Source: Lachnospiraceae bacterium (GTDB lineage: Bacteria > Bacillota > Clostridia > Lachnospirales > Lachnospiraceae). From it: 64,000 bases of DNA. A program made the translations under genes and the position numbers. Below the pieces are notes generated by a model that worked only from the letters and a program-made list of their open reading frames with translations, had not been told where the DNA came from and searched no databases. Shown here one piece after another: positions 19,393 to 28,180 of the stretch; position 1 is the stretch's first letter, and each line of letters begins with the position of its first letter. The stretch lies in assembly GCA_014804755.1 (NCBI GenBank), contig JAAUZE010000008.1, positions 100,109-164,108 on the forward strand, written 5' to 3'.

Positions 19393-20580
19393 TTATATAT
19401 CGTACAATTCGTTGTAGAGCTTTTCGGTCAAGGGAACCGCTTGTTCCCATACGTTTAAAAATGTATCATAAAGATGTTTTCCACGGCTTTGTATATCATT
19501 TTCGGAAATTTCTATTATTTCAAATGAAGAATTAGTAATTTGGAGAGGGTATCCTTCGCTGTCACATATTATTGGACTATAAAGCACGGCGTTATCACTT
19601 ATGATTATAGATTCTTTGCGTGGGCATTTGTATAGCCTAATCATTTCGCTTATAGGCAAGTGAAATCTATTTTGCATCCTAACAGCCGCTTCCAAACAGG
19701 TTTGTAAATCTGCTAAGAATCTCCTCTCTTTGTCTTTGCTTACAGCTTTGGTCATAGCTTCGCTTTTTGGATGTGGAAATAGACATTTAAAATCCACCCC
19801 ATTATTTATTCCTTCAATGGCTAGATACTTAAAAAAATCATCATTTTCACCTGTAAATATTTTTTTATTCCTTCTGCCATAAAACCATAAACGTTTGCCT
19901 TGATAATCAATTACATTTCGAATAAGTATTTTCGTAAGAACGCTGGTTGAAAATCCTTTATGAAAAAGAATATGCTCCTTGGTTATTTCAGGACTAACTA
20001 TTGTGAAATTTCCATGGTTGTCCTTCATAATTTGCTCAACCAAATCTCTGCAAGTGTCGGGAATCATTTGTTCACGTTGCAAGATCATTTTAACTTCTTT
20101 TATATATGCATTCCAGTGACTATTGAAGTTTTTGATATCTGTATTAGAATCTTTTGCCAATTCTTGTAAAAAACGTTTGAATTCCTCTCGTGATTTCTTA
20201 AAATTATCATTTTCATTATTTAAACGTATAGGGACATAACGATTTAGAGGTTTATCTACCCATGATGACCAATCGGGAATATGTTCAAATAATATTGGTA
20301 TAACTATACTTCCTCCTGGCTCTGCAAAATGTGCACCATACACTACACCTGCTTCATACATTAACCAAGGATTCTTAAAATTATCTGATGTTATACAAAC
20401 GATACATTTATCACTTCTCAAAAGATTATTATGTATTTCATTATCAACGGATGTCCCTTTATACATATCGGGAGAAAAAAACACTTCAATTTTATTTTCT
20501 AATGTATTCAAGATGAATTTTTTTGTTTCTAATGCTAATAATTTACTTTTATCTTTTGACCAGCTAATAAATATTTCCAC
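19393..20580 (-). CDS. TIR-domain protein with an uncharacterised C-terminal domain of about 250 aa
   Basis: The N-terminus IFISWSKDKSKLLALETKKFIL...VFFSPDMYKGTSVDNEIHNNL...CIVCITSDNFKNPWLMYEAG matches the bacterial TIR pattern (FISWS...S.DI..G......L.....I.......S.W...EAG), including the conserved Glu. The GTG start lies 6 nt after the GGAGG that ends IRR. Confidence 0.7.
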   Translation of the reverse strand: MEIFISWSKDKSKLLALETKKFILNTLENKIEVFFSPDMYKGTSVDNEIHNNLLRSDKCIVCITSDNFKNPWLMYEAGVVYGAHFAEPGGSIVIPILFEHIPDWSSWVDKPLNRYVPIRLNNENDNFKKSREEFKRFLQELAKDSNTDIKNFNSHWNAYIKEVKMILQREQMIPDTCRDLVEQIMKDNHGNFTIVSPEITKEHILFHKGFSTSVLTKILIRNVIDYQGKRLWFYGRRNKKIFTGENDDFFKYLAIEGINNGVDFKCLFPHPKSEAMTKAVSKDKERRFLADLQTCLEAAVRMQNRFHLPISEMIRLYKCPRKESIIISDNAVLYSPIICDSEGYPLQITNSSFEIIEISENDIQSRGKHLYDTFLNVWEQAVPLTEKLYNELYDI

Positions 20581-20586
20581 TTTGTT

Positions 20587-20653
20587 CCTCCGATAAATTG
20601 GTGTTTTTCACAATATACAAATCATTATTCAATAGATAATTTCTTATTATCCT
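20587..20653. repeat. Right 67-bp inverted repeat (IRR)
   Basis: Exact reverse complement of 18634-18700. Confidence 0.95.
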
Positions 20654-20771
20654 TTATCTTTAGAAACTACATCAACAGATACCGTTGAATACTTATTCGT
20701 CCAGCCCGTCAGACGACCTTTTATTACCCAATAACAAATGATCCAGTAGCATCCCATCTACCTAATTTTGT

Positions 20772-20800
20772 ATTGTACTACACGATTGTGCGTATTTCAA
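20772..20800 (-). promoter_or_regulatory. Putative sigma-70-type promoter firing leftward into IRR
   Basis: The minus strand reads TTGAAA, a 17-nt spacer, then TACAAT (plus strand ATTGTA at 20772-20777 and TTTCAA at 20795-20800). It lies about 120 nt outside IRR. Confidence 0.4.
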
Positions 20801-21025
20801 CATCTTTCTCAAATATTCAGTAAATACATACAAGCATTCTTAACTGCTGTCTTTTGCCATGAATATTAAGTTTGCTAATCTCGCCGCTTTACACTATCCA
20901 AGATTTATGAGAAAATGGTTCTGAATTAAGTCAAAACAGTTGAATAAAGTTGCGCAAAGCCCAACTTGCCAATATATACCCATTAACACAGTCTCCGTTG
21001 CTGGAGTATGCGAAAGGAGTCCATC

Positions 21026-21559
21026 ATGTTCTACACCCTCAAAAACGGAAAATCAGTCACTATCAGAAAACCAATCACCAAGGACGCGCAGGACATCGTC
21101 TCCATCATTTCCACCGCAGATGTGGAGACGTTGTTTTTGGCGCGTAATCCGGGCGAGTTCCGCACGACCGCGGAGCGAGAAGAAGCGGTCATTGAAGGCG
21201 TCTTAGCCGATGATGACAGCACATGGTTTGTGGCAGAATACGAGGGCAGGCTGGTAGGTCAATGCTCTGTGGGACTTGTGAGGCGGTATCAGAGATATCG
21301 GCATAGAGCTGAGGTTGCGTTTGTGATCCTGAAAGATTATCAAGACTTAGGAATCGGTGGGAAGATGATGGAGGAATGCATCAAGTGGTGCAGGGAGAAA
21401 GAAGTCACGCAGATCGAACTGGATGTGGTCACAGCCAATCAAAAAGCGCTTTCCATGTATTTGGGCTTTGGATTTGAAGTGACAGGGACCTTGCCGAATG
21501 CATTGCGCTATATGGACGGGACATACGCAGACGAATATAAAATGGTAAAGCGTCTGTAG
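21026..21559 (+). CDS. GNAT-family N-acetyltransferase
   Basis: ILKDYQDLGIGGKMMEECIKW is motif A. The RBS AAAGGAG precedes the ATG at 21026. Confidence 0.7.
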   Translation: MFYTLKNGKSVTIRKPITKDAQDIVSIISTADVETLFLARNPGEFRTTAEREEAVIEGVLADDDSTWFVAEYEGRLVGQCSVGLVRRYQRYRHRAEVAFVILKDYQDLGIGGKMMEECIKWCREKEVTQIELDVVTANQKALSMYLGFGFEVTGTLPNALRYMDGTYADEYKMVKRL

Positions 21560-21703
21560 AAAAAAGATTTCATATCCAATGAAAGATGTTGCAAGCGATT
21601 TTGAGGCATAACGGCTGAAAGGACACGCTCTTTTTAAAATGGTGTGTCTTCAGAAAAGCGCGTATTCTTGTTTATCAAATTGGAGTTAGAGGAGAAAATC
21701 TGT

Positions 21704-22564
21704 ATGGCAGATGACGCACTTACCTGGTTGTTGGAGACAGGAAATCCGGCGGTAAAACATAGGACAAAAATAGAATTACTTGGGCTGGAGGATGACCCAG
21801 CTGAAGCATTCACATGGATTGTGTCAAAACTGCCTGACGATTGGTACAGAGTAAAAGGTTTGTGGTATGCATATTATATCAATGCTCTGGCAGAATGTGG
21901 TCTGAATCAATCCATGATGCCGTCCGAATGGTTCGAAACAGCAATGGACAGAATTCGGGCAGGCTTTGACTTTGGCTGCGAAGCATTCATGCTATTACAG
22001 GCAATGGTTGCCCTTGGATTTGGTGGAAATCCTGATGTGCAGAAAATATTTGCGCTGTTGCATGATAATCGCTTACCGGACGGAGGTTTTCTTTGCGAAA
22101 GACGAAAAGGCAGACTAAAGTATATTCCTAAAAGTTGTTATAAAGCAGATTATTATGCGTTAAGATTATGCTCATGTTGCCGCAAAAAGGGAATCATTCT
22201 CGATATAGAACAGGAGTTAATTCGTTATTTTCTGAGCAGAAATTTATTATTTAGACGGGATAATTTGGATAAATTAATACTTGGGGATAATGAGAAAGAA
22301 GGCTCGCGCAATTCAGATGTATTCTATCCGTTTGAACCGATGCGAATGGGAATTCAAAACATTATGGAAACGATTTCCTCACTTGGGTACGGAAATGATC
22401 CTGCAACTGCAGCCGGTTGGAATTGCTTGAATTCAGCAAAAGATGATATAGGGCGGGTAATTCTGGCCGGTACACTTACGAAGTCTTGGTTGCCAAAGGA
22501 AAAAGTAGGAAAACCAAGTGCGTGGGCAACGTTTTATGCGCTATTGGCTGAAAAAGAACGATAA
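21704..22564 (+). CDS. Hypothetical protein (helical-repeat; possibly prenyltransferase/terpene-cyclase-like fold)
   Basis: RBS GAGGAGAA before the ATG at 21704. Aromatic-rich helical repeats are present, but no catalytic motif was verified. Confidence 0.35.
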   Translation: MADDALTWLLETGNPAVKHRTKIELLGLEDDPAEAFTWIVSKLPDDWYRVKGLWYAYYINALAECGLNQSMMPSEWFETAMDRIRAGFDFGCEAFMLLQAMVALGFGGNPDVQKIFALLHDNRLPDGGFLCERRKGRLKYIPKSCYKADYYALRLCSCCRKKGIILDIEQELIRYFLSRNLLFRRDNLDKLILGDNEKEGSRNSDVFYPFEPMRMGIQNIMETISSLGYGNDPATAAGWNCLNSAKDDIGRVILAGTLTKSWLPKEKVGKPSAWATFYALLAEKER

Positions 22565-22687
22565 ATCTTGAATTGCTGGACGTGACACCACAATTATAAC
22601 CACGAAAATGATACTTCCTTTTTGGAAGCGTTTGCCTTCTGAAAATAGCTTATACTGATTCTCAATACATCCGAATTGAGGGGAGAA

Positions 22688-23362
22688 ATGATAAAGGCGA
22701 TATACTTTGATTTGTTTTTTACATTGATTGTTCCGGCATACGAAAAAATAAATAATGAATTTGATATATTAAATTTGTCTGTTGGCGAGTGGGAACAGTA
22801 CGCCGAAAATGATATTTTATATCGTGAAAGGGCTTTGGGTTTCGTTAAAAATGAAAGAGAGATAATAGATAATATCGTGTCTCTTATGCCGTTTGAGGTT
22901 AGTATTGTTCAAAAACAGCAAGTTTTGAATGCTCGTGAAAAGAGGATGCAAAATGCCCTAAAAATGGTATCAAAAGAAATATTAGACGTTTTACAAAAAT
23001 TAAAAGCAGAGAATATCAAATTAGGGCTGATAAGTAATGCAGACTGCATTGATTGTAAATATTGGAACCAATCACCGTTATCTCCGTATTTTGATGATGC
23101 CATCTTTTCGTGTGACGTCGGATTGCTAAAGCCTGATAGACAGATTTATGAGTTAGCAATGCAGCGTTTGCATGTATCTCCGGAGGACAGTCTGTTTGTT
23201 GGTGACGGAGGTTCAAATGAATTATGCGATGCAAAGGAGGCAGGTATGGGTACTGTTTTTTCAGAAATGCTTGAAACGAAAAACGATGAGCAGAAAAAAA
23301 CAATTATCAAATATGCAGATTATCATATTAAGCATATGAGCGAACTGTTTTATTTGCTGTAA
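22688..23362 (+). CDS. HAD-superfamily hydrolase
   Basis: IYFDLFFTL (motif I-like), LISNAD (motif II) and FVGDGGSNEL (motif IV). Confidence 0.6.
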   Translation: MIKAIYFDLFFTLIVPAYEKINNEFDILNLSVGEWEQYAENDILYRERALGFVKNEREIIDNIVSLMPFEVSIVQKQQVLNAREKRMQNALKMVSKEILDVLQKLKAENIKLGLISNADCIDCKYWNQSPLSPYFDDAIFSCDVGLLKPDRQIYELAMQRLHVSPEDSLFVGDGGSNELCDAKEAGMGTVFSEMLETKNDEQKKTIIKYADYHIKHMSELFYLL

Positions 23363-23452
23363 AGAAAAACTTCCGCTTTATCCAACAGCCAATCAAAAGC
23401 GCTTTCTATGTATCCATGAGTCAGAATATAAATTTAGTAGGAGGATTTCTGC

Positions 23453-23929
23453 ATGCCAATACAAATATCAGCCCAAGAGACAATCAATGCACTAAATGCA
23501 ATTTTTGAGAAACATAAAATGGAGCGTATTTGTGTTTTGGGAACAACATGTTGTGGTAAGACAACCTTGTTAAAACAAATTCCTGGTTGTGTAGATTTGG
23601 ATGATGAATTATGGCCGCAATTAACCAAAGAAGAAGCAGATTTTATCAGCCAAAAACCATGGACAAATGAAATTGGTGACTTTATAGATAAACTGGTTTA
23701 TGAAAAAATATCAGTAAAAGTTGGTCATCCGTTGTTCACTACAATCATTGTAGATTGCGATGTAGTAATATATTTGGATATCAGCGATGAGTTATTGGCT
23801 GAACATTGTAAGAAGCGGGGAAATGATTTTAAAGATTCCATAAATGTAAAGAAATCTATAGAAGGAGATTGGAATAATCACAGAAAAAGTGGTGGAAAAA
23901 CTTTTTATTATTTAACCGTCAATGAGTAA
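23453..23929 (+). CDS. Small P-loop NTPase/kinase-like protein
   Basis: Walker A is VLGTTCCGKTTLL. The RBS is GGAGGA. Confidence 0.55.
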   Translation: MPIQISAQETINALNAIFEKHKMERICVLGTTCCGKTTLLKQIPGCVDLDDELWPQLTKEEADFISQKPWTNEIGDFIDKLVYEKISVKVGHPLFTTIIVDCDVVIYLDISDELLAEHCKKRGNDFKDSINVKKSIEGDWNNHRKSGGKTFYYLTVNE

Positions 23930-24007
23930 TAATCATGAAAAGAGAACTATAAAAAATAGCATCGCAGGGATACAACAGCATACCACCCGATGAGGAGCCA
24001 AAACCAT

Positions 24008-25162
24008 ATGGAACATAAAGGGACGGTCAGAAAAGAAACAGAAAGCTTGATCTTGCCGGAAATAAAAGAAAATAAACAGATCAAAGGCCTGAAACTGTGC
24101 GAAGACTTTTTCAACGATTGCGCAAAAGCAATTCTTGATGAAAACTTTCCTGAATTAAGATATTCAGCAGGGCTGATCGGCTATGGTTCCGATGTGTTAG
24201 GGTATGATGATGCCGTATCAACAGATCACATGTGGGGACCGCGGTTTTATCTTTTTTTAAGTAAAGAGGATCTGTCAAAAAAGAATGACATCCTTTCGGT
24301 ATTATCCGAAAAGCTCCCTTATACATACGAGGGTTATAGCGTGAATTTCACAGAACCCGATCCGAATGACTGCGGCGTGCAGCATCCCAAACTGATCAGC
24401 GAAGGAAAAGTGAATCCGCTGATCTTCATTTACACATTTGAGGAGTATTTGACGGAACAGATTGGGAAGTCCGATTTAGATCATATCAGTCCGCTAGAGT
24501 GGCTTGCGTTTTCGGAACACAGATTGTTATCATTGGTTTCGGGAAAATTCTTTGTCGATCAGCTAAATTGTGTCGGGACGATCTCCAAGCTGATATACTA
24601 TCCGAAGGACGTAAAGCTGTATCTGATCGCCTCCAATTGGGAATGCATCGCATCGGAGCAGGCTTTTATGAAACGTTGCGGCGCATGCGGGGACGAGATC
24701 GGTTCACGGATCATCTGCGCCAGAATTGCGGAGCGCCTGATGAGGTTATGTTTTTTGTATCAGGACACGTACGCGCCGTATAGCAAGTGGTTCGGAACGG
24801 CATTCAGTAAACTGCCGATTGCTGAGAAAATAAAGCGGGCGATAGAAGGCGCGCTGACTGCGAATTGTTTGACAGAACGGGAAGACCGACTCATCGAAGC
24901 ACAGGCGTTGGTCGCGGATATGCATAATGCAAGCGGGCTTACCGAGTTTGTTGCTTATCAGATCGAAAGCTATTTCGGCAGAAATATCAAGGTGATCTTT
25001 GCCGACAAGTTTGTTGAGGCAACAGTTAAAGAACTGAAAGGAACGGTATTTGAGAACATGCCGTTGATCGGGACATTCAGTCAGATCGGCGGACTCGCGG
25101 GATTTGCCGATGAAAAGGAATCTTACGGGCGGATGGCGAGATTATACTGCGGTGATGAATGA
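24008..25162 (+). CDS. Hypothetical protein, DUF4037-like (tentative)
   Basis: The pattern GLIGYGSDVLGYDDAVSTDHMWGPRFYLFL is remembered from the DUF4037 family. The start is 23990 or 24008. Confidence 0.35.
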   Translation: MEHKGTVRKETESLILPEIKENKQIKGLKLCEDFFNDCAKAILDENFPELRYSAGLIGYGSDVLGYDDAVSTDHMWGPRFYLFLSKEDLSKKNDILSVLSEKLPYTYEGYSVNFTEPDPNDCGVQHPKLISEGKVNPLIFIYTFEEYLTEQIGKSDLDHISPLEWLAFSEHRLLSLVSGKFFVDQLNCVGTISKLIYYPKDVKLYLIASNWECIASEQAFMKRCGACGDEIGSRIICARIAERLMRLCFLYQDTYAPYSKWFGTAFSKLPIAEKIKRAIEGALTANCLTEREDRLIEAQALVADMHNASGLTEFVAYQIESYFGRNIKVIFADKFVEATVKELKGTVFENMPLIGTFSQIGGLAGFADEKESYGRMARLYCGDE

Positions 25163-25270
25163 GATGGTTAGATGATTGTAAAACGCTAACAACTTCACTA
25201 GTTCATATTGAGTTTTCTGGCCGCCTATGATAATATTCAGAGCAACAAATCGGGACCTGCGGAGGACAAT

Positions 25271-25747
25271 ATGGAGATTTATTCCAATCAGGTTGATGAA
25301 GCAATTAGGATTATGAAGGAAGTTGCTATGTGGGGGCGGAATAAGGGCTTTCGCATATGGCGGGATGAATGGCTGACAAAAGAAGAACTGATTACAATAG
25401 ATGCGCAGCCGGAGAACTTTTATATTGGTAAAATGGATGGTGTTGCAGTCTGTGCGTTTATTTTACAATGGAGGGATTCAGAGTACTGGCCTGATGCGGA
25501 AAATGAAGCTGTGTATTTGCACAAGCTTTGTGTAAGACGTGAATTTGCCGGTAAAAACATGACGCGCTTCATCATAGAAGCAATCAAGCAGCTTTGCAAA
25601 AAGAAGGGAATAAGGTATATACGGTTAGATACAGCACTTGATGAAAAGGTTGTAAGAAAGATATATTTAAAATTGGGATTTAAAATTGTGGATATTATAG
25701 ATTACCCCAATGGACGCTCTATGGCATTGTATGAGTTAGAGGTATAA
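25271..25747 (+). CDS. GNAT-family N-acetyltransferase
   Basis: VRREFAGKNMTRFIIEAIK is motif A. GGAGG lies 5 nt upstream of the ATG at 25271. Confidence 0.65.
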   Translation: MEIYSNQVDEAIRIMKEVAMWGRNKGFRIWRDEWLTKEELITIDAQPENFYIGKMDGVAVCAFILQWRDSEYWPDAENEAVYLHKLCVRREFAGKNMTRFIIEAIKQLCKKKGIRYIRLDTALDEKVVRKIYLKLGFKIVDIIDYPNGRSMALYELEV

Positions 25748-25831
25748 ATATCTGTTTATCGGGTTGCTATCTGTTATGGCTGGCAACCCTAATCTGAAAA
25801 GGGAGAACACAAAAACCAAATGGATGGGTGA

Positions 25832-26404
25832 ATGATTCACATGAGTTCTTTATTGCAATCAACAAGAAACACGCGGGTGCTGCCGACAGGTACGATGCGA
25901 TATATTAGGAGCGATGTTCCGGAAAATTTGACTGGTCAGGAAATTCAGTGGCTGCTGGATCAGCATGTAACAACGATTGTGGATTTAAGGTCGGAGGAAG
26001 AATGTGTGAGAAGACCATGCTGTCTGAAAGGACAGGATGGTTTTAAGTATTTTCATCTCCCGGTTACCGGCGGTGGCGATACGCCCAAATCACTGGAACA
26101 TCTTCATGTGGTATATCGACAGATGATAGATGAAAAAATGGACAAGATCATCGATACAATCATGGGTGCGGAATCGAACGTGATGTATTTCTGTACAGCA
26201 GGCAAGGACCGTACCGGCGTCGTATCAGCAATGATCTTGAAACGGCTGGGATTCAGTAATGAAGTGATCATCAATGATTATATGGAGTCAAAGGATAATT
26301 TAATGGAGATGCTCACGGCATATGTGACTGAGCATCCGGAAGTGGATATCGAAATCATCATACCGCACAGGGAAAATATGGAACAATTGTTGAAACGTTT
26401 ATAG
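25832..26404 (+). CDS. Protein-tyrosine phosphatase-like protein (CX5R)
   Basis: The catalytic P-loop is FCTAGKDRTGV. Confidence 0.7.
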   Translation: MIHMSSLLQSTRNTRVLPTGTMRYIRSDVPENLTGQEIQWLLDQHVTTIVDLRSEEECVRRPCCLKGQDGFKYFHLPVTGGGDTPKSLEHLHVVYRQMIDEKMDKIIDTIMGAESNVMYFCTAGKDRTGVVSAMILKRLGFSNEVIINDYMESKDNLMEMLTAYVTEHPEVDIEIIIPHRENMEQLLKRL

Positions 26405-26513
26405 AGTTCAGAACGGTCACGTTATCAGGAACATACAAACGTGATGGAATTTTTTTGATGTAAATGCAAATGGCTTGTAATGGAGCAGAAAAGTCGGTAC
26501 GAGGTGACGAAAC

Positions 26514-27044
26514 ATGAGAAAAATCAGTTTATTTATTGCAATGAGCCTCGATGGGTATATAGCGGATAGTAAGGGCGGTGTCGATTGGCTGAAAGGACAA
26601 AGTAGCGATGAAGAGAATATTGACACCTATTCCGAGTTTGTAAAGAATATTGATACAATATTGATGGGGTGGAATACTTATCATCAAGTAGTTACAGAAC
26701 TTTCTCCCAATGAGTGGGTGTATAATGATTTTACAACTTATGTAATTACGCACAATGAGTATACTTCTTCAGAAAAAATTCGATTTACAAGCACAAATCC
26801 TGTTGATTTGATAAAAAGCTTAAAAAAAGAAAACGGAAAAGGTATTTGGATATGCGGTGGAGCTAATCTTATTCAGCAGTTAATAAATGAGGACTTAATT
26901 GACTGCTATTATATTACTATAATTCCAACACTTTTAGGCTCTGGTATTCGGCTTTTTGAAAATGCAAAATCTGAAATTAAGCTAAGATTGCGTAATATAC
27001 AGTCATATAATGGTATGGCAGATTTGATCTATACACGAAGATAA
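26514..27044 (+). CDS. Dihydrofolate reductase-like protein (RibD C-terminal domain family)
   Basis: MRKISLFIAMSLDGYIADSKGGVDWL and IWICGGANLIQQL. Confidence 0.7.
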   Translation: MRKISLFIAMSLDGYIADSKGGVDWLKGQSSDEENIDTYSEFVKNIDTILMGWNTYHQVVTELSPNEWVYNDFTTYVITHNEYTSSEKIRFTSTNPVDLIKSLKKENGKGIWICGGANLIQQLINEDLIDCYYITIIPTLLGSGIRLFENAKSEIKLRLRNIQSYNGMADLIYTRR

Positions 27045-27169
27045 CTTGGCATTTATAGAGGGGATGGATATGACGGAAAAAGCTTTATTGTGGAATAGAT
27101 TTATTGAGGGAATTTGTAAAAAGTGCGTGGAGAAAATTTTTCGGGAGATTAGGGCGTAAGTGAGCAGCA

Positions 27170-28165
27170 TCATGTGGAAACCTGTCTTTGCAGTCTCGCT
27201 TTCAGACTGTTCAGGAATCTTTCATTTTCGAGCACAGTAAGCATAGGCCCAAAGGACATGACTTCAATCAGCAGTTCGGTCTCCATATTCCGGTTATAAT
27301 AGATGACGCATTCATAGGTATCCTCATCTATTTTTGTAGTATTTTTTTCATAGTTTGCAAAGTGCAGCATGGCACGCTCAAGGGCATTGCGTTTGTTGAC
27401 AATGCGCAGTTTAAGAGGTTCTTTATAGTAAGAACGCTGAATCATCGCGTCTAAGTCCACAGGGGAGGATAGCGTTTTTGGCATCAGTTTTACGCTCTGA
27501 ATACGGGAAACATTCAGAATTTCCAGCTTCATTCTTCCGTCCGCTTTAGCTTCATGGTGCGAATCTGAATCAAAAGCCGGACGGCAAGGTTTCAAGGCGA
27601 GAATCCGGAATTTGTCATTTTTGACCGAGTATTCCAGACGGGCGGGGATATAGTGGTGATGTACGCGGTTCCCGTTGGGCGCGGTGTAGTCGATGTCCAC
27701 GTACTGTTTCTGTTTCTGTGCCTGAAGCAGAGTCCGAAAGCAGTGGCGGTAATTTTCATCCTCGTAAGGGTCGCTGTCGGCGAACCGATCGAAATAATAG
27801 AACTGTTCCGGTCTCCAAAGCGGAGCAACGGAAGCCAGCATTTTATCCAATGTTTCCAGCTGATCCTGTTCCAGGAACAACCCTATGCGCGGGTCGGACA
27901 GCAGTGCCTTAAGATAGGACTTCTCAAGGCTGGAAACAGGGGTGATAAAGGAGGATGAGAGACGGGAATGGTATAGCTTCCCATCCTTTTCAAATAAATT
28001 CCATGTCCCGTCTTCCAGCCTGGGGATTATGGAGAGCAGGCTCTCCTCAAAACCTTCGTCGCAGATCCGGCGGCGGATGTCTTGCATGGTCAGTGCGTCC
28101 TGACTGCACAGTAAATGTCTTAATACCTGGTAGTAACAGCTATATATTTCTGAGAATACTTCCAT
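27170..28165 (-). CDS. WYL-domain protein (WYL plus WCX-like C-terminus), partner 2
   Basis: The WYL-like core is VDIDYTAPNGNRVHHHYIPARLEYSVKNDKFRILAL...LEILNVSRIQSV. The C-terminal LKLRI...LIEVMSFGPMLTVLENERF is typical of the WCX extension. Confidence 0.55.
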   Translation of the reverse strand: MEVFSEIYSCYYQVLRHLLCSQDALTMQDIRRRICDEGFEESLLSIIPRLEDGTWNLFEKDGKLYHSRLSSSFITPVSSLEKSYLKALLSDPRIGLFLEQDQLETLDKMLASVAPLWRPEQFYYFDRFADSDPYEDENYRHCFRTLLQAQKQKQYVDIDYTAPNGNRVHHHYIPARLEYSVKNDKFRILALKPCRPAFDSDSHHEAKADGRMKLEILNVSRIQSVKLMPKTLSSPVDLDAMIQRSYYKEPLKLRIVNKRNALERAMLHFANYEKNTTKIDEDTYECVIYYNRNMETELLIEVMSFGPMLTVLENERFLNSLKARLQRQVST

Positions 28166-28180
28166 AGGTCTTCTTCCTTT

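Larger units (their letters stand above)
18634..20653. other. Candidate recombinase-invertible DNA segment (IRL, P-loop gene, TIR gene, IRR)
   Basis: Perfect long inverted repeats, an adjacent tyrosine recombinase, and interior sequence markedly more AT-rich than either flank. Confidence 0.6.
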
